A stretch of DNA of 64,000 nt from Monocercomonoides exilis PA203 (Eukaryota; Protista; Preaxostyla): contig LSRY02000010.1 in assembly GCA_001643675.2 (NCBI GenBank), forward strand, positions 1,612,001 to 1,676,000, in the 5' to 3' direction. Position numbers and translations under genes: made by a program. Shown piece by piece: positions 40,590 to 52,384 of this stretch (position 1 is the first letter of the stretch; each line of letters starts with the position of its first letter). The notes below the pieces were generated by a model. That model worked only from the letters and a program-made list of their open reading frames with translations. It was not told the origin of the DNA and did no database searches.

Positions 40590-40766
40590 AAAAAAATAAT
40601 TGCACAGTTTTGGGTTTGATCAAAATAGTTCAAAGAAAAAACAACAGTTTTATTGAAAAAACGTCATAAAATATTATTGTGCGCTTTAAATAAAAAAGAA
40701 TAATCAAAATGTGAATGAAGATAGAAATAAAATATGTTTATGAGTAATATTTGTGAAATGATTGAA

Positions 40767-41331
40767 CTATCCGTCAAGTTCCTCTTGAGCTTGTTGCATT
40801 TGCTGAAGACGATCAATTTCCATTGAAAGTTCTTCGACACGTTTTTTCAACTCTTCATTTTCTGCAACAAGAGCATCCACATCAATTCCACTTGGTGTTG
40901 TGAGAAATCGTCGAATAAATCTTTTTTGAGAAAAAAAGAGTGCATAAAAATAAATATATTTAAAACAGCAAGCATAATCAATTGTCAAAAAATGAAAATT
41001 TTAATGTATGAAATCATACTCAATTGCATTTGCAGGTTTTTCTGGCTCTTCATACAACGCAATTAAAACTAGCAATCATAATGAAAAATGAATAAATCAA
41101 AACGAACGCATTTGCATCCGATAATATTGATAAAAATAGAAGTCGTACATCAATTTACAAAAATCTTTATGAGCAAACCTTTCGTTAGATTATCAATTAC
41201 CCCAGATCGTTCAAGATACTTTCTAAACTCTTCCTTTTTGCTTTAAAAGTTAAATTTCACATATAATAGATTTTTAATTAGCAAAATAATAAATATTTTA
41301 TTGCATTGACTTACCTGTCGGATGATGACAT
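40767..41331 (-). CDS. MYCBP: c-Myc-binding protein (MYCBP/AMY-1 family), 4 exons
   Basis: Spliced product MSSSDSKKEEFRKYLERSGVIDNLTKVLIALYEEPEKPANAIEFIRRFL...ENEELKKRVEEL. Confidence 0.9.
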
Positions 41332-41567
41332 CAATATTTGATATTTTGACTTCGACAAATGGGTTCATTGATCAAAAATACTTTGAAAATGTGATCAATT
41401 CATTTTTATTTAAAAATATCAACTAAAATGAACTAACAATAAAAGAAATAAGTAAATTATTTTAACATTTATATTTCAATTTTAATTTTCCAACAATGAA
41501 TGAAAATTTTAATTATTTTGTTAAGAAAAAGTTATTTTTCTTTCATTTGTTTCCAATACTGATGAAG

Positions 41568-41779
41568 TTGCTGTATGTTTTGAGCTGTCCTCACAAGCTG
41601 CTGCAACATATGGTACACCGTTGGAAGGAAGCATTCCAACCATTCTCAAGAAAATCCTTTACCACAACTTCAACGACGAGAAGGCTGCACTCGAAATCTT
41701 CCGTTGCCTCCGCAAGCTGATGCCCTTCAAGCGCGCCCGCATCTAAGCCGAGCAGCAGAAGCTGGCAGCGTATTTGAGT

Positions 41780-41846
<67 letters not shown>

Positions 41847-41975
41847 GAGAGAAAGAGAGAAAGAGAGGAAAATTCAAAGCACACGGAAGGAAACCTGGCA
41901 ATTGTGGAGTTGGTGTTTGTGGTGCGGGAAGGGATGTTGAGATGAGCGGAGTGGAGATGGTGGCGAAATATTGTC
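41568..41975 (+). pseudogene. Degenerate coding fragments with in-frame stops, separated by a (GA)n tract
   Basis: ...LEGSIPTILKKILYHNFNDEKAALEIFRCLRKLMPFKRARI*AEQQ; GC-richer than the flanks. Confidence 0.4.
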
Positions 41976-42337
41976 GCTCTTTCATATATATTTTTATTTA
42001 AATTGTGAATATTCTTTCAGAACAGATGTTTTCATTGGACAAATTATGCACAATTAACATGCTTGTTGGTGATTGAATGAATTCGACTGACTCGAGTCCG
42101 TATTTTGAAGCACTGGCATCGCCTTCATAGAAGTCTGTTGATGAATTTCAAGAAGCTCATATAACCATAGAAACATCATAATGATTAATGGTTCCATTAA
42201 TTGATGTTAGGATTCGTAATAATATCGGTTATCCAACAATTACGTTTGGATCTCATTTTCTATGCATATTTTATTTCCTGTTGTAAAAAATAAACTTCCT
42301 CTTCCTGTCTCAATTATCTTAATTTTCACATTTTTCC

Positions 42338-45094
42338 TCAAACAAACATTGGAGCATCCACCTTTGCAATCCTTCTTGCCTCTCCTAATCGAATAGTGTT
42401 TTTGTGCTTGGGCCATTTTGGATGCAGAAGAAGACGAACCATGTTGATTATTCCTTTCTTTGCTCTTTTCTGCCTGTGAACTCGATATTTGCTTGTTTTA
42501 TCAGACAACAGAGGAGGAAGATGACAGGAAGCATCATAACACAATGGCAATAGCATATCGCAAATCGGAGTAATACGCGAATGTACACAATGAAACTGCT
42601 CATTATCATTGAAGCCATCACAACACTCTGAAATTTCCTTCCATTGCTTTGAGAATGCTTTCGCTTTGCAGCTTTTCAAACTCTTTCTTATTGTCATTTC
42701 TTCTGTGTCAGCTACAATTGTTCTTTCGAATTTTGAATATGGCTCATTTAATTGTGCTTGCTGTAATACAAAGTTTGGTGTTGCATCAAAATTCTCTGTG
42801 TTTATAGGCCGGCTATTTGAAATAAAAGAATTTGAAGAAATTGCAAAGGAAGACGTGGTGGAATGAGCTAATAAAGCGTCATTTTTGAATGAAAATGGCT
42901 TTTCTTCAGCTTTTGCAGTAAATGACTTATTTAATGAATGCATTTGAGGATAATTATTGTCTTTCTGCATTGTTAAAGAATAAACGAATTTTCCCTCTAA
43001 TTGACTAGACTTCTGTGAATTCTCTCTTTCTAACGGATAAAACCAAGATGTCATTTTGTTTCTGTCAGAAAATGAAGATGAAGATTGAATCATCCAATTT
43101 TCTGGTACTTCTGTAGGAGGATGTTTGTTTAATAATTGTGAGACACTTTCAGAATTTGTGTGAAGATGCGAAGGTGTGTCAAAAAATGAAGAGTCAGACG
43201 AAGAAAAATTACAAGCAAAATTCTTTTGCTGATCTGAAGAAGTTTGCAAACAAGGCTCAAACAAGGGAGGAGGTGTCAATGATAGTATTGAAGTTAATGA
43301 AGGACAGAATTCATTTTTATTGTCAATAGTCGATAGCTCAGCTTGCTCCAAACAAAAATCATTCTTTCTTTCTTCTTCTTCTTCATTTAATTCAAGCTTC
43401 GCTTCATTTATTTGCTTCTCACTGATCCATTTTTTCCTTTGCGCCTGTTTTTCTGTGCCAACTTGTATCAAAAACCGATCAAGTTCTGATATTTTTGTGA
43501 GTCTTTGGCGTTTTTCTTCTTTTTGCTCCCGTTTCTGAATCAGCTTTTTGATAGCCATTCGCTCTTTCTCTTTTGCTTCCCTTGCTTTCTTTCGTTCTTC
43601 TTTCTCCTTTGAATCCATTTCCTCTTCCAAATTCAATGCTTTCTTCTGATCCATCAGCTCTTCTACCATTTCTTCTGCTCCTTTTTCTGCTTCTTCTTCT
43701 GCTCCTGCTTCTGCTTCCTCTTCCATTTCTGACTTCCCTTCCATTTCAAGTTCCTTCAATCTGGTTTTCAGCTCCTCCAAAGTCATCAGACAAGTGGCAT
43801 CGCCGTCGTAACGCAAACACTCTTCATCGTTTTCATTCGTTTGAGCAAGCTTCCTCTCTGCTTCTTCCCACATTTCTCTCTCTTCCTCATCAACCACCCA
43901 ATCCTTAGCAACCCATTCGCCGAACAGTCTTTTGTGCTCTTTTGCTTCTCTAATTTGCCGGCGAACAACTTCTTTGCGATCTAATTCCTCTGCCCTTTTG
44001 AATTTGAAACCCCCAAAACTTCTAATTTTATTTGTAATCATACAATTTTCTTCTGTGTCTTCTTCAATGCATTCTTTTTTCTGTCCATGCAACTGATCAA
44101 AATTACCCTCAAGCCCTGTAAACTGGCCGCTTCTGCCCGCACTCGCTTTTCCGTAGTTTTCTGTCATTTTCAGCTGCCCTTGCACACTTTGCACATATTC
44201 CGTGTCTTCGCTCCTCCAACGCTCGAGAATTTCGTCTCTTCGAAAGGCCGCCACATTCGATTGCTTCGTTCCTTCCACTTCGTATTCCTGGTCGTGGCAA
44301 AACTGCTCTCTTTTAGTGGGATCCGGCTTCCATTTGAGGATGTTCTCTTCAAAGCAGTCTTCGCAGAAAGAAGAAGATAAAATATTGTCTGTGCTTTCGA
44401 ATGCAGATCGTTGGGATGATGGCGATTTTACTGAAAGAGTACGTGATTGATGCACTTGCGTATAATCATCGTTCACTGCTAAATTCACAACACTCTGCGA
44501 ATACAGCAAAGGGTCTGATGTCCTCAATTCCATATGAGCATCTTTGCTTTCTTTGGGGTGGTTATTCTTTAATTCTTCGAATGAAGCTCTTTCCATTTCT
44601 TTTATTTCTCTTAACTTCTTTCCCAAATCACTGATGAACTCATATTTTGTATAAAGGATCGTCTTTTCCTTCAACAATTGCTCGCTTTTATATGGAAGAT
44701 CATCGTCTTTTTGCAAATTGTCTCCTTTTGTTTGATCGCATGAAAGACTCGCTTTTTCGAAATTTTCTTTATTATTTTCAAATAAAAGCAATTTTAATTC
44801 TTTTGCATCAAAAAAAGTGCAGATTTTCGATTCATTATTTTCGACTTTATTCAAAGATAAATCGGACATAGTTTTATTTTGGTCATCATAAGTGTTCGTT
44901 GAAAAAGATGATTGCTGAAATAATAAATTTGATTGTGCTCCTGCTGCTCGATACGGAACGTAAATAGAAAATGGTCTATCTCCGGATATGGAACAGATTT
45001 TGAATGGAACAGAAGATGAAAAAGATGGAATGGAAGAAGATACAAAATGTTGAGAGTCAAATGAAATGTCATGGCTCACAATTAATGATGCCAT
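42338..45094 (-). CDS. Hypothetical protein, 918 aa, with central Glu-rich coiled coil
   Basis: 2.76-kb open frame from ATG to TGA. No recognised domain. Confidence 0.75.
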   Translation of the reverse strand: MASLIVSHDISFDSQHFVSSSIPSFSSSVPFKICSISGDRPFSIYVPYRAAGAQSNLLFQQSSFSTNTYDDQNKTMSDLSLNKVENNESKICTFFDAKELKLLLFENNKENFEKASLSCDQTKGDNLQKDDDLPYKSEQLLKEKTILYTKYEFISDLGKKLREIKEMERASFEELKNNHPKESKDAHMELRTSDPLLYSQSVVNLAVNDDYTQVHQSRTLSVKSPSSQRSAFESTDNILSSSFCEDCFEENILKWKPDPTKREQFCHDQEYEVEGTKQSNVAAFRRDEILERWRSEDTEYVQSVQGQLKMTENYGKASAGRSGQFTGLEGNFDQLHGQKKECIEEDTEENCMITNKIRSFGGFKFKRAEELDRKEVVRRQIREAKEHKRLFGEWVAKDWVVDEEEREMWEEAERKLAQTNENDEECLRYDGDATCLMTLEELKTRLKELEMEGKSEMEEEAEAGAEEEAEKGAEEMVEELMDQKKALNLEEEMDSKEKEERKKAREAKEKERMAIKKLIQKREQKEEKRQRLTKISELDRFLIQVGTEKQAQRKKWISEKQINEAKLELNEEEEERKNDFCLEQAELSTIDNKNEFCPSLTSILSLTPPPLFEPCLQTSSDQQKNFACNFSSSDSSFFDTPSHLHTNSESVSQLLNKHPPTEVPENWMIQSSSSFSDRNKMTSWFYPLERENSQKSSQLEGKFVYSLTMQKDNNYPQMHSLNKSFTAKAEEKPFSFKNDALLAHSTTSSFAISSNSFISNSRPINTENFDATPNFVLQQAQLNEPYSKFERTIVADTEEMTIRKSLKSCKAKAFSKQWKEISECCDGFNDNEQFHCVHSRITPICDMLLPLCYDASCHLPPLLSDKTSKYRVHRQKRAKKGIINMVRLLLHPKWPKHKNTIRLGEARRIAKVDAPMFV

Positions 45095-45529
45095 TCAACA
45101 ATAAATTTCTTTATAATTATGCAATCTCAAATCTTTAAATATAATTAGATTATTTCGAAACAAAAATGAATAAGAATGTAATCAACAAAAACAGTTATTG
45201 TTATGGTTATATAGTTTGATTTTTAGTGATAGAAAGTGTTAATAATAGATTGTTTTTTTCATAACTTATAATAACACTGAGTTTTGGAATAGTTGTAACC
45301 ATAATTGAATTAATAGTATGAAGAAATGATTAACTTGTTATGATTTTCAATTTTTAATTTTAAATAAATGTTTATTAATATTGAATTATTGTTTTGTTTA
45401 TAAAATGTCCATCGTTTATGGTTTTATATCAATTTCTTAACAAAAAATGTTCGTTAAAATTTTTAGTTACGTGATTAAGATACTACAGGATATTTTTCAT
45501 TTGCGCAAAACGAGCTTGTAGAAAATAAT

Positions 45530-46036
45530 ATGTATTTATCTATGGGCCCTGTTGAACTTGTATTTTCAGTTGCATTTACGAGCGTTCTTTACATGATTCT
45601 TTGCTTTCTTCAGCTATATATTTGGAGTTCATTGAATGATCTCGAGGGAGATATTGTTGTTCCTTCGGATGTTTGTCGCCAATTAAATCCGGCTTATATT
45701 ACAACCTTGATTTTGCATTTGCTGGCAATGGTTGTGTCAATTGTTAGTAAGCGCTGGCTTTCATTAGTTATTTCGCTTCCTGTAGCAGCACTTAATGTTT
45801 ATAAATTGTGGAAAAAATCCTTTTTCTTGAATGAAGAAACTGTTAGAAGAACGGCAACTTTACATGAACATACTGTTTACTGTGGGAAGAGATTGAAATA
45901 TTATATAATCCTTTTTGCTTTGTCAGCGAGCACGTTTGATTTGTAACTTTCTGAATTATTGTGACAAATATTAATTGTTTGAAATTTTAGATTTGTTTTT
46001 GATCTTGTTCGTCATTTTACAACGAAAACATCTTGA
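45530..46036 (+). CDS. Cornichon/Erv14-family ER cargo receptor, one 3' intron (~45933-45990)
   Basis: Three hydrophobic segments with LNDLEGD..PSDVCRQLNP...H...W...LP and a KRLKYY pattern typical of cornichon. Confidence 0.8.
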
Positions 46037-46346
46037 AAGAATTACACTGAAATAGCTCATTTCGTAATAGTATGCTCTTGTTTGAATTAAATTGTTTTTA
46101 CATTTATCTATATTTTTTTTTTCTTTTTTTTCATTAGAAGGAACGGATAAATGATACCTTTTCGAGACAGAAAAAATAAAAGATGATAAATCTTTCTGAG
46201 TTTCTTTTTTGAAAAATTTTTATGTTTAGTTTTATGTTTTAACGAAGCAAAATTTCTGATGATTGCATATTATCTTTTTACGATATTTTTTAAAAAAAAA
46301 AAAGATTGCAAAAAAATAAAAAGTCTTCATGATAAATGTATATTTT

Positions 46347-46740
46347 GGCAATATTTAAGAAAGGTGGGCAAAATTGATCTGACCCAGTATAATTATATTT
46401 TTAGGGTTAAAATTCAAAAATAATCTCAGTATTAATTGCTTGGTTTAGGTTGTAGGGTTAGCGTAACAGTTCTTGGGCTTAGGGTTTTGTTCCCGCTCTT
46501 CTTTTTAGGGTTTGCGCTCGAAAAAAGTGGTTTATTTTGTGATCAAATTTTAGGGTTAGGGTTTTATTATAAATATTTGTTTAAGAAAAGTATAGAAAAA
46601 TAGAGCACTCTAGCCGATCGGCACCAGCGACTTGCTAACAAACTTGCAAGTTGGTGAGTCGAAGGTTCGAACCCGGAGGGGTGCTCTTTTTTGCCATTTT
46701 TTAAATAAAAATTTTTTGCCCACCTTTCTTAAATCATGCC
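46347..46740. mobile_element. 394-bp GG-terminal MITE (Merlin/MULE-like) with TTAGGG motifs and a tRNA-like unit
   Basis: TIR ggcaatatttaagaaaggtgggcaaaa (46347-46373) matches the reverse complement of 46714-46740 at 25/27. 8-bp TSD tatatttt at 46339-46346 and 46741-46748. Confidence 0.9.
46603..46692 (+). ncRNA. tRNA-like RNA polymerase III unit (non-canonical or tRNA-derived)
   Basis: Terminal stem gagcactc/ggggtgctc, A-box tagccgatcgg (46611-46621), B-box ggttcgaacc (46664-46673), T6 terminator (46687-46692). The T-stem and anticodon arm are non-canonical. Confidence 0.65.
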
Positions 46741-47156
46741 TATATTTTTTGTAATTTTTCATTTTCGGTCAAAACAAACGGTTATAGAATGATAATTCTA
46801 ATTTGTTAGAATTTAAGGACTTTCAATTTTCATTGGATGATGTTGTTTTTTCAGATATTTTCATCCATTGATTGAACGATTGTTCAGCTATCTGATTTGA
46901 TTTATAAGATGAATTGCACAATTTTTGTGTTATTTTGAAATTTTTGTAAAATTTTGAAATTAGTATATGTTATTTTGAAATAACCCAATAATTTTGAAAT
47001 TTTTTTTTATTTCACAATTCATCTATTAATATTCTTATATTACCTAAAATGAATGAAGTTTTTAAAATTTTTGCTCTTCAGTCAATCTTGATTATCGAAA
47101 GAAAATTGTAAAGAATATGTGTTAAACTGAAATATGAACTTTTTTTAATTTTTTTA

Positions 47157-47193
<37 letters not shown>

Positions 47194-48432
47194 AAAGCAT
47201 TTTATCTTTTCGGAAAATGTATTTTAAATAGTGACCAATAATGAATTGCATTTTTTGCTAGAAAAATTTTTAAAATTTTGAAGAAATTGAGTATTTATCT
47301 GTCTGACATAATTTATTTGTTGTCCAAAACCACATTTAGTTGAGCACTTCATCAGCTTTCATATTTTTTGGTTATCAACGTTATTATTTAAAAATTTTTT
47401 TTGATTGCATTCCATTATAATTACACATAGGGCGAAATTTTTACATTTATGAAAAAAGACTCAAATTTGTTTCAATTTTTTTCTCCATCGAATCATAAAA
47501 AGTTCTACACTCCCACGCATTATAATTATGAAAATAATAAAAAATTGAGAAAAATGAAAGAAATCATTGAGTGGAACAAGATTCATAAAGCAAAAAATTT
47601 CTTCCCACATTTTCAGTTTTGAAAACAAACTCAGATTTGTGGAAATTACAGGTTAACACATGAAAAAGGTTTGACAAAAACCATTGTTTTTATTATTAAA
47701 TTCCACAATTAATGATAGAAGTTTGACAGAATTGTAATATCCACTGATGAAGATATTTCATTATTCGTAATGATTTGATAGAAACGCAGTGAGACAGGTT
47801 TGCTCCGAGATAATGAGTATTTATAAATAATGGGTGGTTTGAGTGAAAAACTTCGCCCTATCCCAAATGACGTGGAAAAAAGGGCGAGATAAAAATTCGA
47901 AACAATAACATTAAAAATTAACAATAATAGAATAATGCATTGTCCGCTTCACTTCACCACCCACTTCGCCTTTTCGCCTTGGTCACGAAGGCCAGATGGC
48001 AGGGGGTATACCCCTCGGAGCTCTCTCCTGCAGGTCGTGCACGGGTCCGGTGAGGCGAAAGCTCGACTGGAGCAGAAAGAAAAACCACTCTCGCTTTCGC
48101 GAGGCGTGGAAAAGAAAACTGCGTGTACTTTGCTCTGCCTCCCGCTCTTCTGTAGCATCAGCAGAGCAATCCTAATCATCACACGTTGCAGATTAAAGGT
48201 TCAATTCTTCTCTGTCAGAACACTGGTAATATTGGAAAGAGCAGGATTATTCTTGAAGTTATTGGTTCATTTACATGTTTCTTTGAACAGGTTCTTGGTG
48301 CACATTGATATGTTCGGCGGTTGTTCTTTCGGTCTCTGCTTCACTGTCTCGCCCTTTTTTCACGTCTTCTCTCCGCAAATTTCAGGTTCCCTTTCGCACC
48401 ACTCCACATATTGTCTCTCCATCCGCGTCCCT

Positions 48433-48530
48433 ATTATCTCGGAGCAAACCTGTCTCACTGCGTTTCTATCAATTCGCAATGGAGCGAATCTGCAAACGCA
48501 AGGAGCAGGTTTGCTCCTTCGATAATGAGT
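48433..48530. repeat. DIRS internal complementary region (ICR)
   Basis: 48433-48472 is the reverse complement of the left end (47775-47814). 48470-48530 is the reverse complement of the right end (54210-54270). The halves overlap at CAA. Confidence 0.93.
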
Positions 48531-48640
48531 CTCGAAATCCCTTCTTCTCTATGAATGTGTGATCTAAAACCCCTCTCCTAGCACTCACGAGTGCGGCGGA
48601 TGAGTTGAGAGCATGCGTGGATTGGTGCGGACCTCCTGCT

Positions 48641-50100
48641 CTATGCCCGCTCCTTCTTGGGATATCTCTGAGGGGACATTGGCCCGGTCGTTACCCCCTC
48701 AGTGTTATCCCCTATCTGTGCTATACTTCTTCCACTGTGCTTCCTCCGGTCTTTCCCTCTCTTCTTCAGCGGCGTTGGATCCTTCTCTCCTGTCAGCTCA
48801 CAAATATTACTGGGGATAATGGAGGGTGTCTTCTGAGGACTCGGTTGTCGAGGTGTTGAGCTTCGTGAATGAGTTGTTTCACTTCTCCTTTCTTCTCCAC
48901 TCTGCAGATTCATTCTTCCCCTTGATCGCTTTCTCGTGAGTTTCTTTCTGATTCCGAATCCCGCTTTGGGTAATTCATTAGCTCGATCTTTCATCTCCGT
49001 TTCTGATATCTCTAGCGTCCCTTCCTTCATATCTCCCATCTTATCTATCTTATAATCTTCTCCCCTCTGGGATACTGATCCACCGATCGTCTCCAGAATC
49101 CAATTTGTGTCTTGTACCGGTAACACGGTATAATATTCCTGGCCCACTCTCGAACCCGGAGCCCATCTCGCGTAAGCATTGATCGCCTTCCAGTCTGCTC
49201 CCTCTTGTCTTGCTAAGTGTGTGATCACTGCGTGTCTTATGGAGTATGCGGTGAAAGATTCGGGAATTTCGTTCTCTCTCAGAATAGCTGTTAGTTCTTC
49301 TTTAATCTTCTGCAAGCTTGCAGGTTGCATTTCCTTGATATCGAACCACACATGTTCGCTCTTAAAGGTCGTCTTCGTATAGTCCATCCAGTGTTGGAGA
49401 GCCTCAACTGCATCGATACGTGGGTTGGGGTGTTTCCGTATTATAACTTTGATAATCTCACCTCCCGACGTCTTGGTTCGTACCTGTGTTTGGATAGAGT
49501 TATCTTTAAATGTTGTTGTCTCTCTTCTCATTCTTTCCAGCTCTGCTGGCCTTAGGGCACCAAAGATCATAGTGAGAATGAGGGCTCTCCTCTGGAGAGT
49601 CCGAATATCTTTAGAGTCGTAGGTGCTCTCAGCCCATCTTGTGATAATTGTCAAGTCCCACATTGATTTGTATCGTTTTCCCCTTCTTGGCTTATCCCCC
49701 ACATAAGTCTTTAGAAATATTTCTATGTCCTTTCGATCGATCTTGGTCTCTCTAAAAAGATTGATGGACTCCAGTACTTTAAGGACTGTCTGATAAATCA
49801 CTCCACTTGAGAGGTTTGTATTCGAGAGTGTTTCGATGAACTCTGCCATAATCCACTTCGCATCTTTTGTTGTGAGGGGGTCAGTGTCGTCCATGCTCTC
49901 TCTATCAAGGAATTGTTTAAATCTTCGCAGCGCTCTCCACGTATCTCTTTCGCTCTTTTGACTTCTAAGTATTGCTGCTGCTATCTCCCTTGCTCCAACG
50001 TATTCTCCCCATGTTAAGAAGAGGTCTCTTCCTTGTATATTCTCTTGCCCAGTGTGACGGCTATCACCTCTCCTGGGGGTAGTTTCCAGCCTTCCCTTCT
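48641..50100 (-). CDS. DIRS tyrosine recombinase (distal part of ORF 48641-52312; true start uncertain)
   Basis: FGALRPAEL (R), VRTKT (K), YSIRH (HxxR variant), RWAPGSRVGQEYY (W and catalytic Y). Confidence 0.88.
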
Positions 50101-52312
50101 CATCTTCGCTCCCGGTATCATGCACTCCTGAAAGGTCCCCAGTGTCTCTATCGAATGCCCAGGCTGCAGTAACGGGGTCCAGGTCTGCCCCCGCCAGGCT
50201 GGCAGAATCAGAATCGTTAGTTCCCTCTGGGCTTCCTTCATCTTCTCTTTCAAGGTTCGTCCAATGTTTCTCAGGAACGGGTGGACTAGCACTATGTCGT
50301 CTTCTGGTGTTCCTCTCTCTCTCTTCCTTCTCCCGGAGGATAGTCTCCAAGTACTCCCGCAGGGCACCGGCGCAATCTGATCTAAAGTTGTATCTAGTAT
50401 TCTCGGTACGATTGTTTGTAATATCTCTGCGACTTTCTCCCCCCTCAGTGCATAGTCCGGCTTTCTCGCCATCCGGCTGAGTGCATCCGCTTCCGTGTTC
50501 TGTTCTCCCGGGAGGTGTTCCGTTTGAATTGTGATGTCCAGGCTGTTCAGTTTCTTCTCCAATGCTCTCAGTGTTGGAATGAGCGATGGCGCTCCTCTCT
50601 TCTTCTGGATTGTCCATCTCGCGGACATGTTGTCTGTCTTCAGACGAATATGGTCTATTTTCTGTTCTTTCAGCCATGCTCCTTTCCTTTCCAAAGTCCT
50701 CAACACTGCTCTGGACTCCTTCTCGTTTATCGCTAACGCGCTCTCCTGGAGGGTCCAACTCCCGTGAACATATATCTTCTCCTCTTTGTTCTCTGTTGAT
50801 ATTGTTAATACTGCACCCCATCCCAGCTCTGATGCGTCCGTTGTAAGTTCTGCTGGTCTGTTCCTTCTCCTCAGACTCCTTGGCCTGTTCTCTAGCAGGG
50901 TTTTTCTCCAATGTGTTAATTCTCCCAACATCATTGAGTTGACTATCACCGTTCCATTCCAGCCAACCACGGGCTATCTCCTGCCTCAGCATGTATTGCA
51001 TTCGCCTCATCTGCAAGCTTGCTGGTGGGTGTTGCAGTCTCACAAAATTCAGCCTCCCGAGGAGTGCTGCTAAGTCTCTTGTTCTGTGATTCCTCCCTTT
51101 CTTTGCATGTGCTATCCATTTTCGCACATCCTCCAGGAGCAGCACTCTCTTCCTTTCTTGGAGTGTCACTTCCATCTTCTCTGAGTTCCACAGCCATCCC
51201 AAAAACTCTACGCTCCTTGCGGGTTCTAGCTTCAGCTTCTCCTCCGACAGTATCCAGCCCAGATTTCTCAGGAACTGGGCTATCTCCTGTGAGATCGATC
51301 TCAAGGCATCCCTGTCTGGATGCATAAGGAGAATATCGTCCAGATATATCACCAGCTTTCCCTTCCACTGTTCTCTGATATGTGACGCTGCCCGTCTCAT
51401 TATCTTCGTGAATACTCTGGGCGCGTCCTTTGCTCCAAATGGCATCCCCACGTACGCGTAGCAGTGATCTTGAAAGCTGAAGCACAGATAGGGACTGAAT
51501 TGCTCGTCCACTTTGACATGTTGATAAGCACTCGATATGTCGAGGGTGGTCATCCAATCGTTCTCCTCCAGGAGTTCCACAACTGTCTCCTGGGAGTCCA
51601 TCTTGAAATGCTTTCCCTGCACTTCCTCGTTCAGAGCTCTGCAATCCAGTATCTTCCTCCACTTTCCGTTTTTCTTTCTCACCATGAATGTCGGATTGAA
51701 CCACTTCGCCTCTGACTCCTGTATAGGCTTCACAACTCCGTCCTTCAGTTCCCCCTCCAAGAGGGATAAATAATTGTTCGTCATCTCTATCATCCCCCGA
51801 AACTCTTGTCTGTGTTTTCTCTCCTTAAGTGAGATTGGGGAATGGGGACTTTTCCATCGAGCTCTTATACCACGGCTTACTAGTTTGTCTTCCCCAATCT
51901 TCTTCCACTCGCTCAGCCTGTTCACCAGTCTCCCCGGAAGTGGCTCCCTCGGTGGTCCAATCACTATACTCTCCCTCACTCCTGGCGTCTTGTGGCCAAG
52001 TTGCGTCTGTGTATTCCCTTCTTCTTCGAGAGTATCTAATATAGCTGTCCTCGAGCTCCCCTCCCGGGCGCTCACAATTGGGGGCTCTATAACAATCCCA
52101 AAAGTTTTCAAGACACTCTTCTCGTTCCTCCTCTCGCTCGTCTGTTCCTTCACTCGGGGATATGCGGAGTCTCCTTCTGTTTTCGTTGTATCGTGTAGCA
52201 CCTCTTCTCTCGCTCTCTCCCTCAAACGATCCCGTGCGGTTTCTCGTTCTCTCTCCTTCTCTTGGTCTAACCTGCTCACCACTTTTCCGATATTCACGTA
52301 TTGTTTCTGCAT
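50014..52312 (-). CDS. DIRS reverse transcriptase-RNase H plus degenerate methyltransferase-like tail; frameshift near 50972
   Basis: RT: KKNGKWRKILDCR, LDISSAY, MPFG..APRVFTK, YLDD, FLG. RNase H in ORF 50014-50970: TDASELGWG, INEKE, KTDN, NTEADALSR. Confidence 0.92.
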
Positions 52313-52384
52313 TTCCGTCCAAGATCGCGTCTCTCCCGGAGCTACGGTTACTCGTCGTGTATTCGTCTCGCTGTAATTTGCTTC

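Noticed and set aside
41568-41775. In-frame TAA in a coding-like stretch, suggesting a TAR=Gln code as in some oxymonads
   Set aside because: WDR1, MYCBP and other genes here end in TAA/TAG, and the 4449-aa ORF has no in-frame TAR despite many Gln, so the standard code with a pseudogene is more likely
46603-46686. Canonical tRNA-Val(AAC), tRNA-Sec or telomerase RNA
   Set aside because: The T-stem pairs only 2 bp, the anticodon loop is not 7 nt, there is no TCA anticodon and no CCCTAA template. Kept only as tRNA-like
47743-47790. CTGATGA...GAAA hammerhead-like core near the DIRS end
   Set aside because: No stem II pairing, and it straddles the element boundary
48641-52312. Natural RT-tyrosine recombinase fusion protein of 1223 aa
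   Set aside because: Best explained by a 1-nt frameshift at ~50972; RNase H continues in another frame
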